Source: Candidatus Omnitrophota bacterium (GTDB lineage: Bacteria > Omnitrophota > Gorgyraeia > Gorgyraeales > Gorgyraeaceae). Taken from it: a stretch of DNA of 64,000 nt. The stretch is taken from contig JAUYDX010000088.1 in NCBI GenBank assembly GCA_030691625.1, positions 1,856-65,855 on the forward strand. The letters are read 5' to 3'. Below, in pieces: positions 37,500 to 46,173 of this stretch. The position numbers were made by a program, and so were the translations under genes. Every line of letters begins with the position of its first letter. Positions within the stretch are counted from its first letter, which is position 1. The notes beneath the pieces are model-generated. The model was not told the origin of the DNA and made no database searches. It saw nothing but the letters and a program-made list of their open reading frames with translations.

Positions 37500-39623
37500 A
37501 TGAGAAAGATACTTTTAGCTTTTATATTTTTATCGCTTTTCATTTTCTCCTCACAGCCATGTTCTGCGGAGCCCAGGAAGCTTACTATTATTTTCACCGG
37601 CGATACAAGGGGCGAGCTGGAGAATTGTCATTGCCCAAAGAACGACTTCGGCGGTTTCCAGAGAAGGTTTAATTACATCGACGATGCAAGAAAGGATGCG
37701 GATGAAATTCTTCTTCTTGACGTGGGCGATGTCCTGCCTTTATTAAACTCCAGTTTTACCAGAAAAAATATAACATATGCCGCGTTTATATCGTTTAAAT
37801 CAATGCAGTATATTGGTTATGACGCCATGAACGCTGGCGAAAGCGATCTTGTGCTCGGAGAGGCGTTTCTGAAGAATAAGTCTAAAAATCTGGAATTCCC
37901 GATAATTTCCTCTAATATTGTTTCTAAATCCGGGTACCTGCCTTTTTTCAAGCCATACGCAATAAAGACAATGAATAACGGGCTAAAGGTGGGCATAATA
38001 GGCGTGACAAATGAGCGCTACGTGATAAATTCCGAAAGGCTTGAGGTGGCGGCCAACAGAGAGGCTGTTAAGAAATATGTCAATCAGATAAGGGACCAGG
38101 TTGACGTTGTAATAGCGCTGGGCCATATAGGCCTGCCTTATTCTATTGAGCTGGCGGAAAAGGTAGAAGGCATAGACGTGATACTCAGCGGCCACTGGGA
38201 CAGCGAAACGCAGGAGCCCCAGAGAGTGGGAAAGACCATAGTCATGCCGACAGTATCCTATTCCAGGAGCGTAGGCAGGCTGGACATGGAGATAGAAGGC
38301 GAAGGCGTAATTTCTTCTTATGAGTGGCAGTCTGTACAGCTGGACGCAAAATATGACGGAGACGATCTTATAAAGAGACTTGTATCCAAAATGCCGTCTG
38401 AAAATAACATGGAATCGCGGGGATCTGCCGGCGCGGAGAGAAAATCCGCGGTAGAGAAGCCCAGGCCTGTTTTAATCGACACTGCTTCCAGACCGGAGCC
38501 TGACAGGCCTTTGAGGGTGTTTGTATTTTACGCCGCAGGGTGCAGGTCCTGCGCGGTAATCAAAAGGGATGTGCTTCCAGGGATTGAGGAAAAATACGGC
38601 AATAAGATTTCTATTGAAAGATACGACATAGGGATTTCCAGGAATTACGCGCAAATGGTGAGGCTGGAAAAACTTTACGGCGCAGAAGGCGGTTATGTGC
38701 CTGAGGTGATAGTTTCAAAATACGTGCTAATGGGCGAGGAGAAGATACGCTCCAGCCTTGATAAAACCATAGAAAAGGCGCTTTTGGAGCCGCGCCGGGA
38801 AGAAACAGCTAAGCTCACCGAGTTGGACGCTGCTGGATATCAGGTACCTGACGCCCAGTCGCTTATACTCTCGAGGTTTGAGTCATTCAGCGCCTTTACC
38901 GTAGGAGCAGCCGGGTTTTTAGACGGCATAAACCCATGCGCTTTTACAACAATAGCGTTTTTCATATCGTTCCTGGCATTTGCGGGTTACAGGAAACGCG
39001 AGATGATCATGGCAGGGAGTTTTTTTACCCTGGCTGTTTTTCTGGCGTATTTTCTTATAGGCCTCGGGATCTTCAGGTTTTTAAGGTCAATAAGCGCTTT
39101 CAGCTATCTTACTCTCGCGATAAATATTTTAATAGGCGGCCTTGCTTTTACGCTGGGCATATTGAGCCTCGTAGATTATTTTAGATTCAGAAAAACGCGC
39201 GATGTAAAAACAAGCATACTCCAGCTTCCCAAGTCAATAAAAAACAGGATACATTCCGTGATAGGCGGGGATTTCAGAAAGGGCGGGAAAGTGAAAAGAG
39301 GAGCTCTTTTGAAAATAGCATGGATTGCTTTTACCTCCGGCTTTATGGTGTCTATACTTGAATCAATATGCACCGGCCAGGTATATCTGCCTACAATAGC
39401 TTACGTGCTCAGGATGCCGGCTAAGCACACGCCTGCCCTGTCATATCTCGTGCTTTACAATCTGGCCTTTATAACCCCGCTTGTGATAGTGTTTATCCTC
39501 GGCCTTTTCGGAGCTACTTCAGGCGCCTTTGCAAAATTCATGCAGAAGCACTTCGGATTCGTAAAACTTTCCACAGCGACCCTGTTTTTCATCCTTGCCG
39601 CAACCCTGGTCCTCGTCAGATAA
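37500..39623 (+). CDS. fusion: periplasmic metallophosphatase/5'-nucleotidase-like domain + thioredoxin-like CxxC + DsbD/CcdA-like membrane domain
   Basis: signal peptide, calcineurin-like N-terminal segment, AAGCRSCAVIK thioredoxin motif, C-terminal 6-TM region with conserved Cys pair as in CcdA/DsbD. Confidence 0.55.
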   Translation: MRKILLAFIFLSLFIFSSQPCSAEPRKLTIIFTGDTRGELENCHCPKNDFGGFQRRFNYIDDARKDADEILLLDVGDVLPLLNSSFTRKNITYAAFISFKSMQYIGYDAMNAGESDLVLGEAFLKNKSKNLEFPIISSNIVSKSGYLPFFKPYAIKTMNNGLKVGIIGVTNERYVINSERLEVAANREAVKKYVNQIRDQVDVVIALGHIGLPYSIELAEKVEGIDVILSGHWDSETQEPQRVGKTIVMPTVSYSRSVGRLDMEIEGEGVISSYEWQSVQLDAKYDGDDLIKRLVSKMPSENNMESRGSAGAERKSAVEKPRPVLIDTASRPEPDRPLRVFVFYAAGCRSCAVIKRDVLPGIEEKYGNKISIERYDIGISRNYAQMVRLEKLYGAEGGYVPEVIVSKYVLMGEEKIRSSLDKTIEKALLEPRREETAKLTELDAAGYQVPDAQSLILSRFESFSAFTVGAAGFLDGINPCAFTTIAFFISFLAFAGYRKREMIMAGSFFTLAVFLAYFLIGLGIFRFLRSISAFSYLTLAINILIGGLAFTLGILSLVDYFRFRKTRDVKTSILQLPKSIKNRIHSVIGGDFRKGGKVKRGALLKIAWIAFTSGFMVSILESICTGQVYLPTIAYVLRMPAKHTPALSYLVLYNLAFITPLVIVFILGLFGATSGAFAKFMQKHFGFVKLSTATLFFILAATLVLVR

Positions 39624-39635
39624 TTTCCGATAATT

Positions 39636-39684
39636 CCCAAACAACTTTACACTTGTGACAATGTTTGTAGTGTCAAGTTGTTTT
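39636..39684. repeat. family-1 palindrome copy J
   Basis: inverted repeat. Confidence 0.9.
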
Positions 39685-39730
39685 GAAAAATGTATTTGAC
39701 TGGGCTAATTTTTTAGAATAAACTAACTTT

Positions 39731-40519
39731 ATGGCTTATTTAAGAGGAATGCTTTTAGTTGCGGCGCTTTTATTTTTTGGCGCGGGCTGCGCCACGCATG
39801 AGTACAATACCGCCACAGGCAAGGAAGATATCATCTTTGTAGATACGCAGAAGGAAGTTAATATAGGGAAAAGCATCGCAGAAGGCATTGAAAAAAATAA
39901 AGACATAAAACTGGATCCTGACCCGCTCATGACAGAAAGGGTAAATGAGGTGGGCCAGAAAATAGCCTCTGTCAGCGGCAGAAAAGAAGTGCTGTACTCG
40001 TTCAGGGTTATAGACGAGGATGAAGTGAATGCGTTCGCGCTTCCCGGAGGGTATGTTTTTGTATTTAAAGGCCTGGTGGATAAAGTTGATTCGGACGACG
40101 AACTCGCAGCTGTTATCGCGCACGAAATCGCCCACGTGGTTGCCAGGCATTCAATAAAAAGGCTTCAGGGAAGCGTGGGATATGATATACTTAGGATACT
40201 GATGGCTATCACAGGCGCGGGAAGCAGGGATGCGGGACGCATTGATTCCGCGTTTACCCAGCTTATCATGTCATATTCCAGGGAAGACGAGGCCCTGGCT
40301 GACAAGATGGCGATTAAATATCTGAAGGGAGCAGGCTATGACCCATGGGCTATAGTGAGCCTGCTTAAAAAGCTTCAGGAGGCGGATAAGGTAGCTCCTA
40401 TAAGGCCTTACAGCAGCTATCGTTCGCATCCCTATGTGGCGGACAGGATCAGGATGGTCAAGAAGGAACTTGCGGGCGAAGTGGATTTTAGCGATTATAT
40501 GAATAAGGGCTTGGAATAG
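39731..40519 (+). CDS. M48-family zinc metallopeptidase lipoprotein
   Basis: lipobox GAGC, HEIAHVVARH zinc motif, C-terminal TPR-like segment. Confidence 0.85.
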   Translation: MAYLRGMLLVAALLFFGAGCATHEYNTATGKEDIIFVDTQKEVNIGKSIAEGIEKNKDIKLDPDPLMTERVNEVGQKIASVSGRKEVLYSFRVIDEDEVNAFALPGGYVFVFKGLVDKVDSDDELAAVIAHEIAHVVARHSIKRLQGSVGYDILRILMAITGAGSRDAGRIDSAFTQLIMSYSREDEALADKMAIKYLKGAGYDPWAIVSLLKKLQEADKVAPIRPYSSYRSHPYVADRIRMVKKELAGEVDFSDYMNKGLE

Positions 40520-40531
40520 GCATCTCTGCGT

Positions 40532-40578
40532 CAACAACTTGACACTTAAGACAATGTCACAAGTGTCAAGTTGTTTGG
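40532..40578. repeat. family-1 palindrome copy K
   Basis: inverted repeat. Confidence 0.9.
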
Positions 40579-40608
40579 AGCGTGAAGGGGATAATTAAAG
40601 GAGGCGGC

Positions 40609-41250
40609 ATGTTAAAGAGAGATGATTTTACAACGCAGGACCCGTGGCGGATATTCAGGATAATGGGGGAATTTGTGGAGGGTTTCGAGGAGCTTTCCAA
40701 GATAGGGCCTGCGATTACTGTATTTGGTTCAGCCAGGACAAGGCCCGGCGATAAATACTACAAGTTAGCCGAAGAGATCACGTTTTTACTGGCGAACGAG
40801 GGCTACGCGATAATCACTGGAGCAGGGCCTGGCATCATGGAGGCTGCTAATAAAGGCGCGAAAAAAGGCGGAGCCGCCTCAATAGGACTCAATATACAGG
40901 TACCTGTGGTCCAGAAGCCCAATAAGTTTATAACAAAACTCCTGGATTTCAGGTATTTTTTCTGCAGAAAGGTAATGTTCCTGAAATACGCGAAGGCGTC
41001 TATAATATTCCCCGGCGGATACGGTACTATGGATGAATTTTTCGAGACAATAACGCTTATCCAGACAGAGAGGATAGAAAAATTCCCGGTGATTCTGGTG
41101 GGCAGGGAGTACTGGAAAGGGCTCATGGACTGGGTTAAAAAAGCAATGCTCAATGCCGGCCGCATATCAAAAGAGGACCTGGACATATTCTGCATAATAG
41201 ATAAGCCCGAGGAAGCTGTAGAGGCAATCAAAGATTTCTATTCCAGGTAA
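40609..41250 (+). CDS. LOG family protein (cytokinin riboside 5'-monophosphate phosphoribohydrolase-like)
   Basis: PGGYGTMDE motif and TIGR00730-like length. Confidence 0.85.
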   Translation: MLKRDDFTTQDPWRIFRIMGEFVEGFEELSKIGPAITVFGSARTRPGDKYYKLAEEITFLLANEGYAIITGAGPGIMEAANKGAKKGGAASIGLNIQVPVVQKPNKFITKLLDFRYFFCRKVMFLKYAKASIIFPGGYGTMDEFFETITLIQTERIEKFPVILVGREYWKGLMDWVKKAMLNAGRISKEDLDIFCIIDKPEEAVEAIKDFYSR

Positions 41251-41266
41251 AGTTGACAAACTGTCA

Positions 41267-41296
41267 TTGACAGAAGCGCAAACTTTGGTATATAAT
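41267..41296 (+). promoter_or_regulatory. sigma-70-like promoter (TTGACA-18-TATAAT) ending 7 nt before ATG 41303 (possible leaderless mRNA)
   Basis: near-consensus hexamers; -10 abuts start codon. Confidence 0.4.
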
Positions 41297-41302
41297 CCGT
41301 TT

Positions 41303-42280
41303 ATGGCTCACAGGTTTATCAGCGATCTGAAAGAGGGAGAGGCAATAGATTCTGTTTATCTTGTAAAAGAAAAGTCGTTTGATATCACGAAAAACGGGAA
41401 TCCCTATATATCGCTTGAGCTGTCCGACAGGACGGGAATGGTGGATTGCAGGAAATGGGACGCCCTAAAATCGCTGTTTGACTCTTTTGGCGTTGACGAT
41501 TTTGTAAGGATAAAAGGCAGGGTAGAGTTTTACAGGAATTATCCGCAGTTAAAGCTGGACTTCATAGAAAAGGCGGAAGAAAAATCCCTCGATATCTCGC
41601 ATTACATACCGGTTTCAGATAAAGACAGGGGCGAGATGTTCGCCTCTTTCTTATCAAAGCTGAAATCAATTGAAAATCCTTTTCTCAAGACGCTGCTAGG
41701 CAATATATTCTCGGACAAGGAAATGGCCGAAAAATTCAAAACAGCTCCCGCTGCCACTGATTTTCATCACCCGTACATAGGAGGGCTTCTGGAGCATACC
41801 CTGGGATGCGTTGAACTGGCAGGCCTGGTCGCTTCCAGATACAGAGACATCAATACAGACCTGCTTTTATGCGGGACAGCGCTTCACGACATAGGCAAGA
41901 CAGAAGAGCTTGCGTATAAAAGGAGTTTTTATTATACTGATAAGGGGAGGCTCATAGGCCACATTGTGCTGGGGGCCAATATCGTAAGTTCCGCGATAGA
42001 TAGCATAAAAGGTTTTCCCGAGGATTTAAAAAACCTGGTCCTGCATATAATCCTGAGCCATCACGGCGAGCACGAATGGGGTTCGCCTAAAAGGCCGATG
42101 TGTTTCGAGGCGATAATACTTCATCACATAGACAACCTGGACGCCAAGATCAACGGGTTCAGGCATTTTGTAAACACGTACAATGACCCTGATTCCAGCT
42201 GGACAAAGCACAGCAAGATGTTCGGGGAATTTTTGTATAAAAAATCGGAGGTGAGGCATGAAGAAAAAGAAATCCGGTAA
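41303..42280 (+). CDS. YhaM-like 3'-5' exoribonuclease (OB-fold + HD domain)
   Basis: N-terminal OB-fold, HD motif HHPYIGGLLEHT...HDIGK. Confidence 0.7.
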   Translation: MAHRFISDLKEGEAIDSVYLVKEKSFDITKNGNPYISLELSDRTGMVDCRKWDALKSLFDSFGVDDFVRIKGRVEFYRNYPQLKLDFIEKAEEKSLDISHYIPVSDKDRGEMFASFLSKLKSIENPFLKTLLGNIFSDKEMAEKFKTAPAATDFHHPYIGGLLEHTLGCVELAGLVASRYRDINTDLLLCGTALHDIGKTEELAYKRSFYYTDKGRLIGHIVLGANIVSSAIDSIKGFPEDLKNLVLHIILSHHGEHEWGSPKRPMCFEAIILHHIDNLDAKINGFRHFVNTYNDPDSSWTKHSKMFGEFLYKKSEVRHEEKEIR

Positions 42281-42671
42281 GTCGGTTAAAAAGCCTGTCA
42301 GGAAGGCAAAGAAAAAACCTGCTTGTAAAAAACCTGCCGGCGCGGCAAAGAAGAAAAAAGCGTTAAAGACAAAGAAACAGCCGGTTAAAAAGGCTTCATC
42401 TGTGTCTATTGACGCATCGCTGGAAGAGGTGGGCGTGGTTACCCATTATTTTCCGAAAGTGGACGCCGCTGTAGTAAAACTTACAAAGGCAGGGCTCTCT
42501 GTAGGGGATAAGATCGTCATAAAGGGGCATACCTCGGATTTCAAGGAAAACGTGGAATCCATACAGCTTGATCATGCGCCTATACAGAACGCTGAAAAGG
42601 ACATGGAGATAGGCCTGAAGGTAAAGGCAAAGGTCAGGGAACACGACGTGGTTTATAAGAGATTAAAGTAA
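42258..42671 (+). CDS. histone H1-like lysine/alanine-rich protein with conserved C-terminal beta-rich domain
   Basis: N-terminal KKKKSGKSVKKPVRKAKKKPACKKPAGAAKKKK tail; C-terminal ~85 aa globular part. Confidence 0.45.
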   Translation: MKKKKSGKSVKKPVRKAKKKPACKKPAGAAKKKKALKTKKQPVKKASSVSIDASLEEVGVVTHYFPKVDAAVVKLTKAGLSVGDKIVIKGHTSDFKENVESIQLDHAPIQNAEKDMEIGLKVKAKVREHDVVYKRLK

Positions 42672-42680
42672 TATCCGGTC

Positions 42681-42800
42681 TTGCTTTTATTGAAAAGTGT
42701 GATATACTTTCAGATGAAGCCGATAAAGCTAAGAAAGTTGCCTGAAATAAGGCTATGCCGGGTCGCGCAAGGCGATCAATCTTTATCGGCTTCTTTTTTT
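42681..42800 (+). promoter_or_regulatory. promoter (TTGCTT-16-TATACT) plus ~85 nt structured leader ending in T7 tract upstream of patatin gene (attenuator/riboswitch-like)
   Basis: 13-bp long-range inverted repeat GAAGCCGATAAAG (42717-42729) / CTTTATCGGCTTC (42781-42793) followed by TTTTTTT. Confidence 0.35.
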
Positions 42801-42802
42801 AT

Positions 42803-43708
42803 ATGGAGAACCCTGATAATAAAAATATGATAGGCCTGGCGCTTGGGTCAGGCGCCGCTTTCGGGCTCGCGCACATAGGCGTATTGCGCGTTCTTGAGAG
42901 GGAAAAGATTCCAGTAGGGGTTGTTTCAGGCGCGAGCATAGGCGCCCTTATCGCGGCAATGTGGTGCATTGGCCTGAGTTCAAATGACATAGAAGCGATT
43001 TCCGCGAAACTGAAAAGAAAGCTCAATATCATGAGGCTCCTGGATTTTACATTTCCGATATCCGGGATACTGGCAGGCAGGCGGCTCAAGAGATTTTTAA
43101 GGGCTATCCTGGGGGACAGGACATTCGAAGACCTGAAGATCCCCGTCAAAATAATAGTTTACGACCTGGCAAGCAGGGAGACAATAGTAGCGGACAAAGG
43201 CAGGATCCTGGACGCTGTATATAAAAGCATAGCTGTTCCGGGTATTTTTCAGCCAATAATGGAAGACGGAAGGATGTACGTGGACGGAGGAATCCTGGAT
43301 CCCGTGCCTGTGGATATACTTTTCAGGAGCGGCGCGAAAAAGGTCATAGCGGTCAATGTCCTGCCCGGGCCGAAGAATATACGCGAAAGAAATGTGGCCC
43401 TAAAAGAGATTGCCAAAGAAGAGGAAAACATGCTTAGGCACGGCTCATTGGGAGAAAAGATGTGCGCCTATATCTCCAGGTTTTTCAGAAAGGTTTTTAC
43501 GCCCAATATATTCGACGTCATAATGACCAGTATGCAGGCAATGGAATACTCTATAGCCGAGGTAAATTGCTGCAGGGCTGACGTGAACCTGCACCCTGTT
43601 TTAAGCGACGCCAGCTCGATAGATTTTCATCTTGTGAAGAGTTTTGTGAAAATAGGCGAGGAAGAGGCCCTGAGGCACATAGACAAGATAAGAGCTCTAA
43701 CAACTTGA
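42803..43708 (+). CDS. patatin-like phospholipase; last 3 codons and stop lie inside a family-1 palindrome
   Basis: GxGxxG oxyanion hole (GSGAAFG), GASIG nucleophile elbow, DGG catalytic Asp motif. Confidence 0.85.
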   Translation: MENPDNKNMIGLALGSGAAFGLAHIGVLRVLEREKIPVGVVSGASIGALIAAMWCIGLSSNDIEAISAKLKRKLNIMRLLDFTFPISGILAGRRLKRFLRAILGDRTFEDLKIPVKIIVYDLASRETIVADKGRILDAVYKSIAVPGIFQPIMEDGRMYVDGGILDPVPVDILFRSGAKKVIAVNVLPGPKNIRERNVALKEIAKEEENMLRHGSLGEKMCAYISRFFRKVFTPNIFDVIMTSMQAMEYSIAEVNCCRADVNLHPVLSDASSIDFHLVKSFVKIGEEEALRHIDKIRALTT

Positions 43709-43743
43709 CACTTGTGACATTGTCACAAGTGTCAAGTTGTTGG
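43698..43743. repeat. family-1 palindrome copy L, perfect palindrome, contains patatin stop codon
   Basis: TAACAACTTGACACTTGTGACATTGTCACAAGTGTCAAGTTGTTGG. Confidence 0.9.
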
Positions 43744-43761
43744 CGGGAGGGGCAAAGGGCG

Positions 43762-44916
43762 ATGGCAATGGAAAAACAAAATATCAAGGTATTGATAGCG
43801 GATTTTACAAGCGCCAATATAGCGGACATAAAAAAGGTCCTTTCCGGGATACCGGGAGTTTCATATGATATATCCTGGCCGCAGATGGGAGAGAATATCC
43901 TGGAAAAAGCTGAGGCAGGGAAATACGACATCATACTCCTTTCTTATGATATACCGGGCATGAACGGACTGGAGATACTTGTTGATATGCAATATAAAGA
44001 ATTATCAGGCCCTGTTGTTATGATGGCTGACCCAAAGGATGAGGAATTCGCGCCCCAGGCAATACGTGACGGCGCTTACGATTATGTGTTAAGGGAAAAA
44101 GGTTTTGAGCAGGGCCTCCCTGTGATCATACACAACGCGCTTAACGCGTTTCGCGCTGCCAGGGAAAGAGAAAGGATGCAGAAAGAGATAGCGGCCAAAA
44201 AGATAGAGCTCGAGGCGGCAAATAAAAAATTGCAGCAGCTGGACAAGATAAAGTCAGACTTTGTGGCAAACGTGGCGCATGAATTCAGGACGCCTCTTAC
44301 TATCATAAAGGGCAATGTAGACCTTGTTAATAAGGGCGGGCTGGGAGACGTGGCGCCCGCTCAGAAGGAGATGCTGGACGGCGCCATAAATATAGTCAAC
44401 AGGCTTTCAAGGCTCGTAAACGACCTCCTGGACATATCCAAGATAGAATCAGGGAAGATGGAGCTGAAAAAAGAAACAGTTGACATGAACAGCGTAATAG
44501 AAGAAAATCTGCTTATATTTGACAAGATGATAAAGGATAAAAAACAGAAATTGGAGAAGACTATTGCCAAAGGCCCGGCAAATATAAATGCGGACAAAGA
44601 TAAGGTGACGCAGGTATTCGTGAATCTCCTGAGCAACGCTATAAAATACACCCCGGAATCAGGGGTTATCGCGATAAAGACCACTGACCTTGAAAAAGAA
44701 ATAATGGTGGAGGTCTCTGATACGGGCGAAGGCGTCGCGCCTGAAGACCTGGACAAGATATTCGATAAATTCACCAGGGTGACTGCTGAGAAAAAAGAGG
44801 GCACAGGCCTTGGCTTGCCAATAGCAAAGGATATAGTGGCGCTTCATAACGGCAGGATATGGGTAAAGAGCGAATTGGGAAAAGGCAGCCGGTTCTATTT
44901 TACATTGCCAAAATAA
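43762..44916 (+). CDS. hybrid response-regulator receiver + histidine kinase
   Basis: N-terminal REC domain, coiled coil, HisKA H-box HEFRTPLT, HATPase_c N/G boxes. Confidence 0.85.
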   Translation: MAMEKQNIKVLIADFTSANIADIKKVLSGIPGVSYDISWPQMGENILEKAEAGKYDIILLSYDIPGMNGLEILVDMQYKELSGPVVMMADPKDEEFAPQAIRDGAYDYVLREKGFEQGLPVIIHNALNAFRAARERERMQKEIAAKKIELEAANKKLQQLDKIKSDFVANVAHEFRTPLTIIKGNVDLVNKGGLGDVAPAQKEMLDGAINIVNRLSRLVNDLLDISKIESGKMELKKETVDMNSVIEENLLIFDKMIKDKKQKLEKTIAKGPANINADKDKVTQVFVNLLSNAIKYTPESGVIAIKTTDLEKEIMVEVSDTGEGVAPEDLDKIFDKFTRVTAEKKEGTGLGLPIAKDIVALHNGRIWVKSELGKGSRFYFTLPK

Positions 44917-44929
44917 TATCGGAGGGAAA

Positions 44930-45061
44930 ATGAGACGTTTTATCTGGATTGTTTTAGTGCTGGCGCTTGTGGCAGGGATAGCAGGATGCAGCAGGGCAAA
45001 ACGCATAGCCAATGACGTGGACTGGATTGTTTTTGACGGCCAGCCGTCAAAGGATAACTGA
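44930..45061 (+). CDS. small lipoprotein (43 aa), hypothetical
   Basis: SD GGAGGG, signal with lipobox IAGC; below ORF-track length cutoff. Confidence 0.3.
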   Translation: MRRFIWIVLVLALVAGIAGCSRAKRIANDVDWIVFDGQPSKDN

Positions 45062-45066
45062 TAAAA

Positions 45067-45107
45067 ACCTCGTAGGTTGCCAAAGGCAACCTGCGAGGTT
45101 GAGGTGG
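45067..45107. repeat. family-2 palindrome upstream of cysE
   Basis: ACCTCGTAGGTTGCC-AAA-GGCAACCTGCGAGGTT + GAGGTGG. Confidence 0.9.
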
Positions 45108-45113
45108 TATAAA

Positions 45114-45830
45114 ATGTTTTTAGCTAGAATGAGTGAAGATATAAGATCCGCGATCAATAAGGACCCTGCGGCAAAGAGCGGCCTGGAAGTCATGTTCTGC
45201 TATCCGGGCGTTCACGCCATATGGTTTCACAGGATAGCGCATTTTTTCTACAATAGAAAAATGCGCCTCGCCGCCAGGATGATTTCCCATTTTGCCAGGT
45301 TTGTTACAGGCGTGGAGATCCATCCCGGCGCCAGTATCGGAAGGCGCGTGTTTATAGACCACGGTATGGGCGTTGTGATAGGCGAGACCTCTGAGATAGG
45401 CGATGACTCTCTTATTTACAAAGGCGTTGTGCTTGGAGGCACAAGCCTTGAAAAAGGCAAGCGCCATCCCACGCTCGGGAAGAATGTAGTGGTGGGGTCA
45501 AACGCCTGCGTGCTCGGCCCTATTAAAATAGGCGACGGCGCCAAGATAGGCTCGGGCTCTGTGGTCATAAAGGACGTGCCTAGCGGCGCCACTGTGGTGG
45601 GCGTGCCTGGCAAGATAGTGGAAAAGAAAACAGCGGATAAGCTGGCCCTGGATTTCGAGCATGGGAACCTGCCTGACCCTGTGGCAGACGTCGTGAAGAT
45701 CATGCTCAAGATGCAGCACGAGCTGGAGCAGAGGCTGAACACCATTGAAAAGGACCACAATATAAACGTCAGGAGCATATTCCACGATTACGAGGAAAAG
45801 GCTGCTGAAGAGCTTCCTGATGAAAAATAA
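45114..45830 (+). CDS. cysE: serine O-acetyltransferase
   Basis: SATase N-terminal domain and hexapeptide repeats; start 6 nt after GAGGTGG of a family-2 palindrome. Confidence 0.9.
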   Translation: MFLARMSEDIRSAINKDPAAKSGLEVMFCYPGVHAIWFHRIAHFFYNRKMRLAARMISHFARFVTGVEIHPGASIGRRVFIDHGMGVVIGETSEIGDDSLIYKGVVLGGTSLEKGKRHPTLGKNVVVGSNACVLGPIKIGDGAKIGSGSVVIKDVPSGATVVGVPGKIVEKKTADKLALDFEHGNLPDPVADVVKIMLKMQHELEQRLNTIEKDHNINVRSIFHDYEEKAAEELPDEK

Positions 45831-45841
45831 GCTTGCGCGAA

Positions 45842-45870
45842 TTGACAAAATAAAAATCATAGTGTATAAT
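45842..45870 (+). promoter_or_regulatory. consensus sigma-70 promoter TTGACA-17-TATAAT for cspA
   Basis: perfect hexamers with 17 nt spacer. Confidence 0.7.
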
Positions 45871-45909
45871 TTAGTAAATTTTAGGTAACGCGGAAGGAGG
45901 GTAGTGTAA

Positions 45910-46113
45910 GTGCCGAAAGGAAAAGTGAAGTGGTTCAGCAATCAAAAAGGCTACGGCTTCATCACTCCTGAAGATGGCAAAGATGTCTTCGTGCATCATA
46001 CTGCCATAACGGGAGATGGGTACAAGACTCTGCAGGAAGGCCAGGAAGTAGAGTTTGAGATTGTCCAGGGACCAAAAGGAGAACAGGCAGCTAATGTGAA
46101 GAAATTGTCATAA
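45910..46113 (+). CDS. cspA: cold-shock protein CspA family
   Basis: [19 protein letters not shown]1 motif, GTG/ATG start region. Confidence 0.9.
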   Translation: MPKGKVKWFSNQKGYGFITPEDGKDVFVHHTAITGDGYKTLQEGQEVEFEIVQGPKGEQAANVKKLS

Positions 46114-46135
46114 ATCTCGCGGATTAGCAGCCTCT

Positions 46136-46168
46136 GCCCCTCGTCATTTTATGGCGAGGGGCTTTTTT
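46136..46168 (+). terminator. rho-independent terminator after cspA
   Basis: GCCCCTCG..CGAGGGGC stem then TTTTTT. Confidence 0.8.
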
Positions 46169-46173
46169 ATGAA

